Assembly: GCA_964442185.1 (NCBI GenBank) | Contig: CAYTWT010000331.1 | Span: forward strand, 156 to 64,155 | DNA length: 64,000 nt | Reading direction: 5' to 3' | Source: an uncultured Acidobacteriota bacterium | GTDB lineage: Bacteria; Acidobacteriota; Vicinamibacteria; Fen-336 | Part shown: positions 9,067-18,792 of the stretch, in pieces | Numbering within the stretch: position 1 is the first letter of the stretch | How the letters are laid out: each line of letters begins with the position of its first letter | Made by a program: the position numbers and the translations under genes | The notes under the pieces: generated by a model | The model's database searches: none | Seen by the model: the letters and a program-made list of their open reading frames with translations, nothing else | What the model was told of the DNA's origin: nothing

Positions 9067-9711
9067 TTGACGCGCGCCGTCGCCAGGCTGGGCGGGGCCG
9101 CGATACTGGCCTTTGGGTTTGGTCACGCGTGTGGGATCACGTGGCTCGTGCTGGCGACGAAGCCGCTTCCGGCGCTGTGTCTCGCGGCCTGGGTGGCGCT
9201 CCAACCCGGGGCTGTGGGCAAGAACGCGCTCGCCGGCGGTCTCGTGCTCTCGGCGCTCGGCGACGTGCTTCTCGAGGGCCAAGGCACGCGCCTGTTTCTC
9301 GCGGGCATGATCGCGTTCGCCCTGGCGCACGCCGCCTATAGCCTCGGCTTCCTCGCGCGCTCGCGCGAGCTACGCCTGCTGGCCCTTGTGCCGTTCGCCA
9401 GCTGGGGTGTCGCGATGTTCGCAGCGATCCGCCCGGGCCTCGGCGATCTGCATGTTCCGGTGGGGCTTTACGCGCTGCTGCTGACGGTGATGATGTGGCG
9501 CGCGAGCGCCGTTTCGCTGGCCAGTGGCGCGTGGGCGGCCGCGATCGGCGCGATGCTGTTCGGCGCCTCGGACACCTTGATCGCGCTCGATCGCTTCCAC
9601 GCCGAGATCCCCGGTGCGCCTTGGCTCATCATGGCGCTCTACTGGGCCGGCCAGTTTGGAATCGCTGCCTCGACGCGCTCCCGTTCGATCAGCGCCCAAG
9701 CGCCTCGCTGA
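9067..9711 (+). CDS. Lysoplasmalogenase / YhhN family membrane protein
   Basis: KPLP, SALGDVLL, FALAHAAY, LFGASDTLIA, LYWAGQ. Confidence 0.85.
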   Translation: MTRAVARLGGAAILAFGFGHACGITWLVLATKPLPALCLAAWVALQPGAVGKNALAGGLVLSALGDVLLEGQGTRLFLAGMIAFALAHAAYSLGFLARSRELRLLALVPFASWGVAMFAAIRPGLGDLHVPVGLYALLLTVMMWRASAVSLASGAWAAAIGAMLFGASDTLIALDRFHAEIPGAPWLIMALYWAGQFGIAASTRSRSISAQAPR

Positions 9712-11341
9712 GCACGCGTTGGCCGCTCGCCAGCGGATACGGGAGGCCGAGCAGGGCGCTGAGAGTCGGGGCGATGTCCTCGGGCCCGCAGGCTTGCGCG
9801 TAACGGCCGGCCCGGATCCCGGGACCCAGGAACACCACCGGCACATGGCGGTCGTGGTCGGCAACCGTGCCGTGTCCCGTCCCGCCGGGGTAGTTGTCCA
9901 TATAGATGTAGGGCTTCAGCCGGGCGATCAGGTGCGGGCTGCGCGGCTCGAAGAACGAGTTGCGGAAGAAGACGAAGTCCGGATCGTCGGTCGGCGGATC
10001 GCCGAGCAGCCGCGCATGGGTGTAGACGCGCTCCACCAGCCCCGAGGCGAGCAGGGCGGCTTCGATCGTCGACTCGACGTCGGCCCGCTTCAACCCCTGG
10101 CTAGCGAGCGCCTCGAGATCCAGATAGAAGTTCGGGACGTCGGCCTCGGCGATCACGCCCGCTACTCCTGGAAAGCGCAGCTCGAGCGCCTTGCGGACGC
10201 TGGCTTCGAGGTCGGCGGGTCGCTCGCGATGCGCGGCCTTGCCCTGCTGCTGGAGAACCTCGACGAGCGGCATGACGCCATGGTCGGCGGAGAGTCCAAA
10301 GAGCATGCGCCCCGCTCCCACGCGCTTGTCGACCTCGGTGAGCAGTTGTCCCAGGCTTCTGTCGAGGCGCAGCATCTGGTCCATCAACTCCTGGCTGTCG
10401 GGCCCATAGGTGTGGCCGATGTAGTCGGTCGCGGAGAAGCCGACCGCCAGGACGTCGGTGGCCTGGTCCTGCCCGAGGCCGTGTTCCGCCAGCGCCCGCA
10501 GCGCCACGCCCAAGACCAGCTCGTCCGCCGAGGGCGTACTGCGCAGCGCGCCGTAGAACTGTTTCGTCTTGGCAGCGCCGTGGAGGCTGTGGGGAAAGGT
10601 CGTGTCGATGCGATCGGACTCGCCCAGGGCGGCGTCGGGTCCGGCGTACTTGTCGTAGAGCGTGGGGTCTGAAAGCAGCCGCGTCCAAGGCTCTCCGAAG
10701 AGCGCGTCCACGTGGCCTTCAGCGTTCCAGGCAAGCAGCCAGGCCGGCGCCTCACGCGCGTAGTAGCTGCTCGTGATGAAGCGACCCTGGGCCGCTTCGT
10801 ACCAGTAGGCGGCGTCGGCCCTGCGCCCGGTCATCAAGATGGCCGCCCGGTCCTTGAGCGAAACACCCACCACCTTCGACTCCGGCGAGGCCTTCTTGAG
10901 CAGGTCGCCAAGCGTGACGCCGATGAAGCTTGCAGGTGACGCGCCGCGACCCGCGCCCCCGACAGGGGAGTGGGCGATGTCTTCGACGACATTGACCTCT
11001 CGCTTCAGCAGCGAGTCGTACCACGCGTTGGCTACGACCCCGTTGTCGCGGGCGTGGCGTCCCGACAAGAGCACGGCGTGTCCGGGTCCCGTCTCGGTGT
11101 TCGAGTGGCGGTAGCGTGCATTCGAGAAGACAGCGCCCCGCTCCAGTAGTGTCTTGAAGCCGTCCTTGAACAGCGGCGCGAAGCGCGTGAGGTAGTCGAA
11201 GCGCATCTGGTCCACGGAGACGAACAGCAGCAAGCGAGGCCGCGTTGTCAGCGGCCCAATCGCCAGTTCCTTGGCGCCGCACGGCGCAAGGACAAAGGCG
11301 AGTGTCGCGAGGAGCAAGACGGATTTCAATACTCGGGGCAC
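9689..11341 (-). CDS. Exported alkaline phosphatase family protein (PafA-like)
   Basis: VSVDQMRFDYL, TETGPGHA (Thr nucleophile), DYIGHTYGP, SADHG, HG...DRHVP; GTG 11341 after GGAG. Confidence 0.85.
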   Translation of the reverse strand: MPRVLKSVLLLATLAFVLAPCGAKELAIGPLTTRPRLLLFVSVDQMRFDYLTRFAPLFKDGFKTLLERGAVFSNARYRHSNTETGPGHAVLLSGRHARDNGVVANAWYDSLLKREVNVVEDIAHSPVGGAGRGASPASFIGVTLGDLLKKASPESKVVGVSLKDRAAILMTGRRADAAYWYEAAQGRFITSSYYAREAPAWLLAWNAEGHVDALFGEPWTRLLSDPTLYDKYAGPDAALGESDRIDTTFPHSLHGAAKTKQFYGALRSTPSADELVLGVALRALAEHGLGQDQATDVLAVGFSATDYIGHTYGPDSQELMDQMLRLDRSLGQLLTEVDKRVGAGRMLFGLSADHGVMPLVEVLQQQGKAAHRERPADLEASVRKALELRFPGVAGVIAEADVPNFYLDLEALASQGLKRADVESTIEAALLASGLVERVYTHARLLGDPPTDDPDFVFFRNSFFEPRSPHLIARLKPYIYMDNYPGGTGHGTVADHDRHVPVVFLGPGIRAGRYAQACGPEDIAPTLSALLGLPYPLASGQRVLSEALGR

Positions 11342-11402
11342 TTGATCTCCTGCTGCGCTGTCGCAAAGTCTAGCGCACGGCGCGCCGCGGCGCCTTTTTT
11401 GG

Positions 11403-14255
11403 TCAGCGCGCTGCGGCGCGCCTGGCGCCCGCCTTCGGCAGCAGCTCCGCGAGGAACTGGCCCGTGTAGGAGTTGCGCACGGCGGCCAGCTCCTCGGGCG
11501 TGCCCGTGGCCACCACGGCGCCACCGCCGCTGCCGCCTTCGGGCCCGATGTCGATGACGTAGTCGGCCGTCTTGATGACGTCCAGGTTGTGTTCGATCAC
11601 CACGACGGTGTTGCCGCCCTCGACGAGCCGGTCGAGCACGCGCAGCAGCTTCTTGATGTCGTCGAAATGCAGGCCGGTGGTGGGTTCGTCGAGGATGTAG
11701 AGCGTGCGCCCCGTGGAGCGTTTCGACAGCTCGCGCGAGAGCTTCACGCGCTGCGCCTCGCCGCCCGAGAGTGTGGGCGAGGACTGGCCGAGTGCGATGT
11801 AGCCGAGGCCCACGTCGGCCAGCGTTTCCAGGACCCGGCGGATCTGCGGGTGGTTCTTGAAGGTCACCAGCGCCTCGTCGACGGTGAGGTCGAGGACGTC
11901 GGCGATCGAGAGAGCGTTCAGTTTCACCTGCAGTGTCGCCTCATTGAAGCGCTTGCCCAGGCAGGTTTCGCAGGGCACGTACACGTCAGCGAGGAAATGC
12001 ATCTCGACGCGCTTGACGCCGTCGCCCTCGCACGCCTCGCAGCGCCCACCCTTCACGTTGAAGCTGAAGCGCCCGGGGGTGTAGCCGTGCATGCGGGCCT
12101 CCGGGAGCAGCGCGAAGAAGTCGCGGATCAAGTCGAACAGCTTGGTGTAGGTCGCGGGGTTGGAGCGCGGCGTCCGCCCGATCGGGCTCTGGTCGATGTC
12201 GATGACCTTGTCGATCTCGTGCAGCCCGACGATTCCGGCATGGGCCCCGACGACGACCTCGCTGCCGTGGAGCGCTCGGGCCACGGCCGGATACAGGATC
12301 TGGTTGACGAGCGTGCTCTTGCCCGCGCCCGAGACGCCGGTCACGCACACGAAGGCGCCCAGCGGGAACTCGACGTCCACGTTCTTCAGGTTGTTCTCGC
12401 GAGCGCCCTTCACCACGATCTTGCGGCCGTCGCCCCGGCGCCGCACGGCCGGGATCTCGATCCGCAGCTCGCCGCTCATGTAGCGGCCGGTCAGGCTGCG
12501 TTTCGATTTCAGGATCTGTGCGGGCGTGCCGGCCGCCACCACCTCGCCGCCGTGGCGTCCGGCCCCCGGCCCGAAGTCGATGATCCAGTCGGCCTCTTGC
12601 ATCGCCTCGTGGTCGTGTTCGACGACCACGACGCTGTTGCCGATGTCGCGCAGATGCTTGAGGGCCGCCAGCAACTTCTTGTTGTCGCGCTGGTGCAGGC
12701 CGATCGACGGCTCGTCGAGGACGTAGATGACGCCGGTCAGCTCGGAGCCGATCTGCGACGCGAGGCGGATCCGCTGGCCTTCCCCACCGGACAGCGACGG
12801 CGCCGGCCGATCGAGCGTCAGGTAGCTGAGGCCGACGTCGAGCAGGAAGCGCAACCGCGAGCGGATCTCCTTCAGCAGCTCGATGGCGATCTTGGCCTCG
12901 GCGCCCTTGAGCTCGAGGCCCTGGAAGAAGGCAAAGGCGTCCGCGACGGAATAGCCGGTGACCTCGGCGATGTTCTTGCCGGCGATCTTCACGCCCAGGG
13001 CTTCCGGGCGCACTCGTTTCCCGCCGCAGGCGGAGCAGGGCCGGGTCGAGAGGAACTTCTGGTAGTACTGGCGCATGTCCTCGGAATGCGTCTCGCGCAT
13101 GCGACGCAGCATCGAGTTGATGGCGCCCTCGTAGCGCATCTTGAAGGCGCCCGTGCCCCAGGAGCCCTTGACCTGGATCTTCACGCGCTCGTCGCCCGTG
13201 CCGTGCAGGATCACCTTGCGATGCGCGGCGCTCAGCAGCTTCCAGGGCCTGTTGAGGTCGATGCCGCGTTCGCGGGCCACGGCGCGCACGATGTCGGTGC
13301 CCCACGAGGTGCCCTCGCCGACGGCGCCCAGCGGCTTCACGGCGCCTTCGTTGACCGAGAGCTCCGGGTTCGGCACCACCAGCTCAGGGTCCATCTCCAT
13401 GCGCGTGCCGAGGCCCGAACACTCCGGGCACATGCCTTGTGGGGAGTTGAAGGAGAACAGCTGCGGCGACGGCTCCGGGAAGGAGATCCCGCAGTGATGG
13501 CAGGCGCGATGCTGCGACATCACCTTCTCGGGCTGACCCTCGGGGGCGATCAGCACCATCCCGCCGCCGAAGCGGAGCGCCGTCTCCACCGAATCGTGCA
13601 GGCGTTGCTTGATGCCGGGCTTGGCGACGAGCCGATCCACGACCGCGTCGATCGTGTGTTTCTTCTTCTTGTCGAGGCGGATTTCGTCCTCGAGGCCGAG
13701 CACGATGCCGTCGACGCGGACGCGGACGAAGCCGGCCTTCTGGACCTGCTCGAGGACGTCGCGGTGCTCGCCCTTGCGCTCTTTCACGAGCGGCGCCAGG
13801 ACCAGGAACCGGGTGCCCTCGGTCAGCTCGGCGATCTCGCTCACGATCTGCTGCGAGGATTGCTGTGAAACCGGGCGGTCGCAGTTGTAGCAGGCGAGCC
13901 GGCCCACGCGTGCCCAAAGCACGCGCAGGTAGTCGTGTATCTCGGTCACCGTGCCGACGGTGGAGCGCGGGTTGCCCGAGGCCGCCTTCTGCTCGATCGA
14001 GATGGTGGGGGCGAGGCCGCGAATCGAGTCGTAGACCGGCTTTTCCATCTGGCCCAGGAACTGGCGCGCGTAGGCATTCAGGCTCTCGATGTAGCGGCGC
14101 TGGCCCTCGGCGTAGAGCGTGTCGAAGGCGAGGCTCGACTTGCCCGAGCCCGACGGACCCGTGATCACCACGAGCTGCTTCTTCGGGATCTCGACGGTGA
14201 CGTTCTTGAGATTGTGCTGGCGCGCGCCGGTGATGACGATGCGGTCGAGTTCCAT
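11403..14255 (-). CDS. uvrA: Excinuclease ABC subunit A
   Basis: Two ABC ATPase halves ([17 protein letters not shown]; [17 protein letters not shown]), zinc fingers, GARQHNLKN start. Confidence 0.98.
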   Translation of the reverse strand: MELDRIVITGARQHNLKNVTVEIPKKQLVVITGPSGSGKSSLAFDTLYAEGQRRYIESLNAYARQFLGQMEKPVYDSIRGLAPTISIEQKAASGNPRSTVGTVTEIHDYLRVLWARVGRLACYNCDRPVSQQSSQQIVSEIAELTEGTRFLVLAPLVKERKGEHRDVLEQVQKAGFVRVRVDGIVLGLEDEIRLDKKKKHTIDAVVDRLVAKPGIKQRLHDSVETALRFGGGMVLIAPEGQPEKVMSQHRACHHCGISFPEPSPQLFSFNSPQGMCPECSGLGTRMEMDPELVVPNPELSVNEGAVKPLGAVGEGTSWGTDIVRAVARERGIDLNRPWKLLSAAHRKVILHGTGDERVKIQVKGSWGTGAFKMRYEGAINSMLRRMRETHSEDMRQYYQKFLSTRPCSACGGKRVRPEALGVKIAGKNIAEVTGYSVADAFAFFQGLELKGAEAKIAIELLKEIRSRLRFLLDVGLSYLTLDRPAPSLSGGEGQRIRLASQIGSELTGVIYVLDEPSIGLHQRDNKKLLAALKHLRDIGNSVVVVEHDHEAMQEADWIIDFGPGAGRHGGEVVAAGTPAQILKSKRSLTGRYMSGELRIEIPAVRRRGDGRKIVVKGARENNLKNVDVEFPLGAFVCVTGVSGAGKSTLVNQILYPAVARALHGSEVVVGAHAGIVGLHEIDKVIDIDQSPIGRTPRSNPATYTKLFDLIRDFFALLPEARMHGYTPGRFSFNVKGGRCEACEGDGVKRVEMHFLADVYVPCETCLGKRFNEATLQVKLNALSIADVLDLTVDEALVTFKNHPQIRRVLETLADVGLGYIALGQSSPTLSGGEAQRVKLSRELSKRSTGRTLYILDEPTTGLHFDDIKKLLRVLDRLVEGGNTVVVIEHNLDVIKTADYVIDIGPEGGSGGGAVVATGTPEELAAVRNSYTGQFLAELLPKAGARRAAAR

Positions 14256-14459
14256 GGAACGCCTAACCTCGGTTGCGGCCTTCGTGAGCGCTCACGTCGG
14301 CCGAACCTTCGATGATAGTCGGGAAGCGGCGTCGGGTCGAGCCCTAAAGCAGGGCAGCGTCACGGAGAATGAGCCGGGCTGACCAAAGGGCGCGTGCGCA
14401 CGCGGAGCGCGCAGTGGCTCGGCACGCGGAATCATAGCCCGTGCGCTATCATCCCAAGG

Positions 14460-15536
14460 GTGTCGACGAACCTCTTTGGCCTCGAGCTTGCCGCTCTCGA
14501 GGCCCTCCTCGAAAACTCTGGTGAGCCGCGCTTCAGGGCCAGGCAGATCTACGCCTGGCTCTACCAGAAGCGTGCCCGGAGCCTCGCCGCGATGACGAAT
14601 CTCGGCAAGCCGCTGCGCGCAAGGCTCGCCCAGAGCCTCACGCTGCGTTGGCCCGACGTCGCCGAGCGCCAGCACTCGACGGACGGCACGGTGAAATTCC
14701 TGTTTCGCCTCGACGACGGCGCCACGATCGAGAGCGTCTACATTCCCGAAACCCGGCGCCGAACGATCTGCATCTCGACGCAGGCCGGCTGTCCGCTGAA
14801 GTGCGCCTTCTGTCTCACGGGCATCGCCGGCTACCAGCGTAATCTCAAGACCTGGGAGATCCTCGGCCAGGTGGCGACGGTGATGGCCGAGGTCCGCGAG
14901 ATCGACCCGGAGGGCGCGGAGGCGCGCGCGTGGAACATCGTGGTGATGGGGATGGGCGAGCCGCTTCTCAACTACGACGCCACCGTCTCCGCGCTGCGCA
15001 TCCTGATGGACCCCGAGGGCTTCGCGATCACGCCCAAGCGGCTCACGCTCTCCACGGTCGGGATTCTGCCCGCTCTCGAGAAGCTGATGGCCGAACCCGT
15101 GCGTCCCAACCTCGCGATCAGCCTGCACGCGCCGAGCGCCGCGCTGCGCCGCGAGCTGATGCCGATCGAGGAGAGGTATCCGATGCAGGACGTGATCGCG
15201 GCGGCCCGCCGCTATCCCATCCCGCGCGGGGGCCTCGTCACCTACGAGTACGTGATGCTGCGCGACGTCAACGATGGCGCTTCCCACGCGCGCGCGCTGG
15301 CGCGCCTGCTCAAGGGGAGTCGCTCCAAGGTGAACCTGATCCCGCTCAACCCGGCTCCGGAGATTCCGTTCGGCGCTCCGACGAGCGCTTCGGTCGATGC
15401 ATTCTGCCGCATCCTGGCCGCGGCCGACGTGAGCGTCTCCGTGAGGCGCCCGCGCGGCCAGGATATTCTCGCGGCCTGCGGCCAGCTTCACCTCAAGAAG
15501 GCGCCAGCTGGGCGCGCCCTGGCGGCCACGCCCTGA
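14460..15536 (+). CDS. rlmN: 23S rRNA (A2503)/tRNA (A37) C2-methyltransferase, radical SAM
   Basis: CISTQAGCPLKCAFC, MGMGEPLLN, SLHAP, RGQDILAACGQL; GTG 14460. Confidence 0.96.
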   Translation: MSTNLFGLELAALEALLENSGEPRFRARQIYAWLYQKRARSLAAMTNLGKPLRARLAQSLTLRWPDVAERQHSTDGTVKFLFRLDDGATIESVYIPETRRRTICISTQAGCPLKCAFCLTGIAGYQRNLKTWEILGQVATVMAEVREIDPEGAEARAWNIVVMGMGEPLLNYDATVSALRILMDPEGFAITPKRLTLSTVGILPALEKLMAEPVRPNLAISLHAPSAALRRELMPIEERYPMQDVIAAARRYPIPRGGLVTYEYVMLRDVNDGASHARALARLLKGSRSKVNLIPLNPAPEIPFGAPTSASVDAFCRILAAADVSVSVRRPRGQDILAACGQLHLKKAPAGRALAATP

Positions 15537-17257
15537 GGCTGCGGCTCGCGTTTCGCCTGAAGCTCGCGCTGGTCCTGCTGGGTGCGGCCTTCATCCTGTT
15601 CCCGGCCCTGGGCGGCGCTTCACTCGAGCGGGCCGAAATCTACTTTCTCGACGGCGCGCGCGCCATGCTCGAGACGGGAGACTGGCTCATCCCGCGCTAC
15701 CAGGCTCGAGCGTTCTTCGACAAGCCCCCGCTCACGTACTGGCTGATAGCGCTCTGCTTCGAGCTTCTCGGTGTGAGCAAGGGCGCCGGGCGCCTCGCGC
15801 CGGCCGTGGCCGCACTGCTCCTGTTGCTCGCCACCTTCTGGCTGGGCCGCCTTCTGCTCGATCGTCGCGCCGGCCTCGCCGCCATGATCATCCTGGCCAC
15901 GTCGGTGGGATTCATGAGCGTCGGACGCCTTGCGATGTCCGACATGCTGCTGGCGCTCCTCTCGACGCTGGCGGTGGCGCTGGGTGTGAAGCTTCGCGAG
16001 GCCTCGGCCGCGTGGGCGCTGCCGGCCTTGGGCGCCGTGCTGGGGCTGGGCTTCTTGAACAAGGGCCCGATCGCCGTGTTGCTGCCCGGCCTGGGCCTCG
16101 CGCTGCTCGCCTGGCAGCGCCGGCGAGAGGCGCCCCCGAAGCCGCGAGCTTTAGCGCTTGCCTCGGCCATCTTCGCCGTGCTGGGCTTCGGCTGGTTCGT
16201 GGCGATCTACGCGCGGCTGGGCGCCGAACCGCTGGTGCACTTCTTCCTGCGCGAAAACCTGGAGCGCTTCGCCGCCTCGACCTACGACTCGGGCCAGCCC
16301 CTCTTCTTCTACGTCGGGGCCTACCTGAGCGTGGGGGCGCCCTGGTCCGCGCTCTTCGCGCTGGCCGCCGCCCGCGCCTTGCGGCCTCCCGACGTCGTCG
16401 TGCCCGGCGTTGCGGCCGCTCGCTTCCTGCTGCTCTGGATTGCACTCATGCTCCTGCCGCTCAGCCTCTCGCGCGGCAAGATCGACTACTACCTGCTGCC
16501 GCTCTTGCCCGCCTTCTCGCTCGTGCTCGGACGGCACTTCGCCCAAGTTGGCTGGGGCCGCCTCGACCGCCTCTGGGCAGCCGTGTCGCTGGCCCTGGGC
16601 GCAGCAGCACTGGCACTCGTGCCGCTGGCGCTGCGGCAGATCCCGGACGCCTGGATCTCGCCCGGGCGGCGCCTTTGTCTCGTCGCGGTGGCGGCCCTGG
16701 GCGCCTTGCTGCTTCTGGCCACGGCCCGCCGACCCTCTCCACACCGCACCCTGTCCGCCCTCGCGGCGGTCTCCGGCGCGGTTGCGATCGCCGTCGTCAC
16801 GCTTCTGGTGCCCAGCTTCGTCGCAGCTCAGCCCAACCGCGGCGTAGTGGAGAGAGTCGAGCGCGAGTTTGCCCGCAGGCGCGAGGTCGGGATCGTCTCG
16901 TGCCAGGATCCCGCGCGGGTCCAGAGAGACATCCTGTTCTTCACGCGCCAGGCGGTCGTCGAGCGTTGCGATTTGTGGCAGGTCGTGTCAGGGCGCCGCC
17001 GCATGCTGTTACTCCTCCAGGAGAGCGAGTACCAGTCGCTCCGGCGCGTGCCCAGATTGCGGCTCGTGTCGGTCCACGACTACGTCCCGTCAGCCTCGTT
17101 GTCGCTCGACAAGCTGGACCGCGCGCAGGCGGCTCGACTTTTCCTCGTCGCCAACTATCCCGGACCGCGGTACCGAGAGCACGAGCCAGGCCCGTCCCCG
17201 AGACACAAGGAGCGCATGAAGCTGCTTCGCCAGAGACGGCGAACCCTGAAAGGCTAG
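15533..17257 (+). CDS. ArnT/PMT family (GT39/GT83) membrane glycosyltransferase
   Basis: E-x-YF...AML...DWLIPRY...FFDKPPLTYW, RL-A-A, LNKGP, YYLLP; many TMs; no in-frame ATG/GTG/TTG before TM1, so start placed at CTG overlapping rlmN TGA. Confidence 0.8.
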   Translation: MRLRLAFRLKLALVLLGAAFILFPALGGASLERAEIYFLDGARAMLETGDWLIPRYQARAFFDKPPLTYWLIALCFELLGVSKGAGRLAPAVAALLLLLATFWLGRLLLDRRAGLAAMIILATSVGFMSVGRLAMSDMLLALLSTLAVALGVKLREASAAWALPALGAVLGLGFLNKGPIAVLLPGLGLALLAWQRRREAPPKPRALALASAIFAVLGFGWFVAIYARLGAEPLVHFFLRENLERFAASTYDSGQPLFFYVGAYLSVGAPWSALFALAAARALRPPDVVVPGVAAARFLLLWIALMLLPLSLSRGKIDYYLLPLLPAFSLVLGRHFAQVGWGRLDRLWAAVSLALGAAALALVPLALRQIPDAWISPGRRLCLVAVAALGALLLLATARRPSPHRTLSALAAVSGAVAIAVVTLLVPSFVAAQPNRGVVERVEREFARRREVGIVSCQDPARVQRDILFFTRQAVVERCDLWQVVSGRRRMLLLLQESEYQSLRRVPRLRLVSVHDYVPSASLSLDKLDRAQAARLFLVANYPGPRYREHEPGPSPRHKERMKLLRQRRRTLKG

Positions 17258-17443
17258 CCGCGAGCGCCCGATTACTGCGCGGCTCCGCGCCATGCGCAAA
17301 CCCGCGCCAGAGCGACCTCGCTGACGCTCGGGCGTCACTCGGGCGACTCGTCGTGGGTCATGCCCGGCAAGAAGAACAAGCCGCGCTTCCAGCGCACTGG
17401 GGTGTCGGGCTCGCGCGTGAGCAAGAGATCGAAGCGCAGTTCT

Positions 17444-17530
17444 CCCCCGCACGACCTCCGGCACACGGTGGCAACGATACTGGGAGAGATGGGCGTCGAG
17501 CCGCATGTGATCGACGCGCTTCAAAACCAT
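17444..17530 (+). pseudogene. Tyrosine integrase C-terminal fragment
   Basis: PHDLRHTVATILGEMGVEPHVIDALQNH = H-x-x-R box II and L-(G/N)-H-like box of phage integrases; no upstream catalytic domain. Confidence 0.7.
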
Positions 17531-17550
17531 AGGCTCCCTCGGCGCCTTTT

Positions 17551-17582
17551 GTATTGACAACGTGTATACAATACGCCACGAT
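17551..17582 (+). promoter_or_regulatory. tacAT promoter with overlapping inverted-repeat operator
   Basis: TTGACA 17554-59, 17-nt spacer, CACGAT 17577-82; inverted repeat GTATTG-N12-CAATAC 17551-17574. Confidence 0.7.
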
Positions 17583-17625
17583 GGATCGCACGGGCGGCGG
17601 ACGCTCGCCGTCACAAGAGGCAAGC

Positions 17626-17904
17626 ATGGCAGCCACCGCAACGCGAACCAGGGTCATCAATCTCCGCACCGACGAAGCGCGGCGCGCGCTGATCGACCGC
17701 GCCGCCGCGGCCCTGGGCAAGGACCGCACGGAGTTCATGCTGGATGCGGCCACTCGTGAAGCCCAGTCCGTCCTCCTGGACCGCCGCTTCTTCGAGCTCA
17801 GTGAGTCGGCGTTCCGGCGCTTCGTCCAAGCCCTGGATGCTCCACCCGCGGAGAATCCCCGGTTGCGCAAGCTCATGGCTCGGCGCGCCCCCTGGGATCG
17901 ATGA
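17626..17904 (+). CDS. tacA: DUF1778 ribbon-helix-helix antitoxin (TacA/AtaR family)
   Basis: INLRTDEARRALIDRAAAALGKDRTEFMLDAA...F...LDAPP..NPRL..L; ATG 17626. Confidence 0.92.
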   Translation: MAATATRTRVINLRTDEARRALIDRAAAALGKDRTEFMLDAATREAQSVLLDRRFFELSESAFRRFVQALDAPPAENPRLRKLMARRAPWDR

Positions 17905-18398
17905 CGGTCGAAGCGCCACGCCACATCACCAGCGACCACGACGTTTCGCAGTTCGATTGCGGCGTTCCCGAGCTCGACGACTGGCTGAAGCGACGCGCGC
18001 TCCAGAACGAAACCTCGCGCGCCTCGCGGACCTACGTGGTGACCGCCGGCGGACGAGTCGTGGGCTACTACGCCCTGGCCACCGGCGCCATCGCGCAGGC
18101 CGCCGCCACTGGCCGCGTGCGGCGAAACATGCCGGAGCCGATCCCGGTGATGGTCCTGGGTCGGCTCGCCGTCGACCGCGCTTTCCAGGGAGCCGGCCTC
18201 GGCTCGACGCTCCTGAGGGACGCGTTGCTGCGAACCCTGGGCGCCGCCGAGGTTGCCGGCTGCCGCGCCATCCTGCTGCACGCGATCTCGGAAGACGCCA
18301 AGCGTTTCTACCTCGGGCACGGCTTCGCGGAGTCGCCGCTCGACCCAATGACGTTGATGATTTCGCTGGCTGACGTCGAGAAGGCCGTCGGGCTCTGA
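17901..18398 (+). CDS. tacT: GNAT acetyltransferase toxin (TacT/AtaT family)
   Basis: FDCGVPELDDWL, VVGYYAL, PIPVMVLGRLAVD..FQGAGLG, AKRFY..HGF; ATGA overlap with antitoxin. Confidence 0.92.
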   Translation: MTVEAPRHITSDHDVSQFDCGVPELDDWLKRRALQNETSRASRTYVVTAGGRVVGYYALATGAIAQAAATGRVRRNMPEPIPVMVLGRLAVDRAFQGAGLGSTLLRDALLRTLGAAEVAGCRAILLHAISEDAKRFYLGHGFAESPLDPMTLMISLADVEKAVGL

Positions 18399-18590
18399 CT
18401 CGAGCGCGGGGGTGACTTCCTCCTGCGCCAAGGGCGATTCGCGGATGTCGGTCCTGTCGCCGACCAGCTGGCCGCGATCGACCCCTCACGCCCGGAGGCA
18501 GGCCAACTCAGGAGTCTCGCCGTCGGCCGGAGCGCTCAGGGCTCTCGCCGCGCGCCAAGCGTCCGATAGACCATGGCGCTGCGGGTATGC

Positions 18591-18614
18591 CAACGCGGTA
18601 CCACAACGGTACCA
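18591..18614. repeat. Direct repeat pair GGTACCA (11-nt period), candidate integrase arm-type sites
   Basis: CAACGCGGTACCA CAACGGTACCA, 45 nt from tRNA 3' end. Confidence 0.5.
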
Positions 18615-18659
18615 CGCGCTGGCCGTCTCGCGGTTCGTCCCTGTAAGTTGTTGATTGGC

Positions 18660-18738
18660 TGGTACGCCCGATAAGGCTCGAACCTATGTGACCTTCAGCT
18701 CCGGAGGCTGACGTTCTATCCAATTGAGCTACGGGCGC
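18660..18738 (-). tRNA. tRNA-Arg(CCG), slightly atypical (79 nt)
   Basis: GCGCCCG acceptor, TCAGC-CTCCGGA-GCTGA anticodon arm, GGTTCGA T-loop, encoded CCA; 2 extra nt before T-stem and one D-stem mismatch. Confidence 0.88.
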
Positions 18739-18792
18739 ACGACGACGGCAACTCCGCCAGAACTATAGGACGGCCGTTTCGTACCGCTAGAT

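Larger units (their letters stand above)
17264..18659. mobile_element. Decayed tRNA-Arg-anchored integrative islet retaining a TA module
   Basis: Lies at 3' end of tRNA-Arg(CCG); contains integrase fragment and tacAT; short repeat pairs at both ends; weak 8-nt copy (CGCCCGAT) of tRNA 3' end at 17265-17272. Confidence 0.5.

Noticed and set aside
11589-13868. Very long antisense ORFs (also 22240-25107, 29621-32299, 44377-47505, 48605-50659, 62784-63806)
   Set aside because: They lie opposite well-supported genes and lack motifs; they are expected shadows of GC-rich codon usage.
14256-14459. Possible LexA/SOS box upstream of uvrA
   Set aside because: No GAAC-N4-GTTC, GTTC-N7-GTTC or CTGT-N8-ACAG match was found, only isolated GAAC half-sites.
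18399-18569. Open frame continuing in phase after the tacT stop (LERGGDFLLRQGRFADVGPVADQLAAIDPSRPEA...), vaguely TPR-like
   Set aside because: It has no start codon and no readthrough signal; at most an unidentifiable gene remnant.
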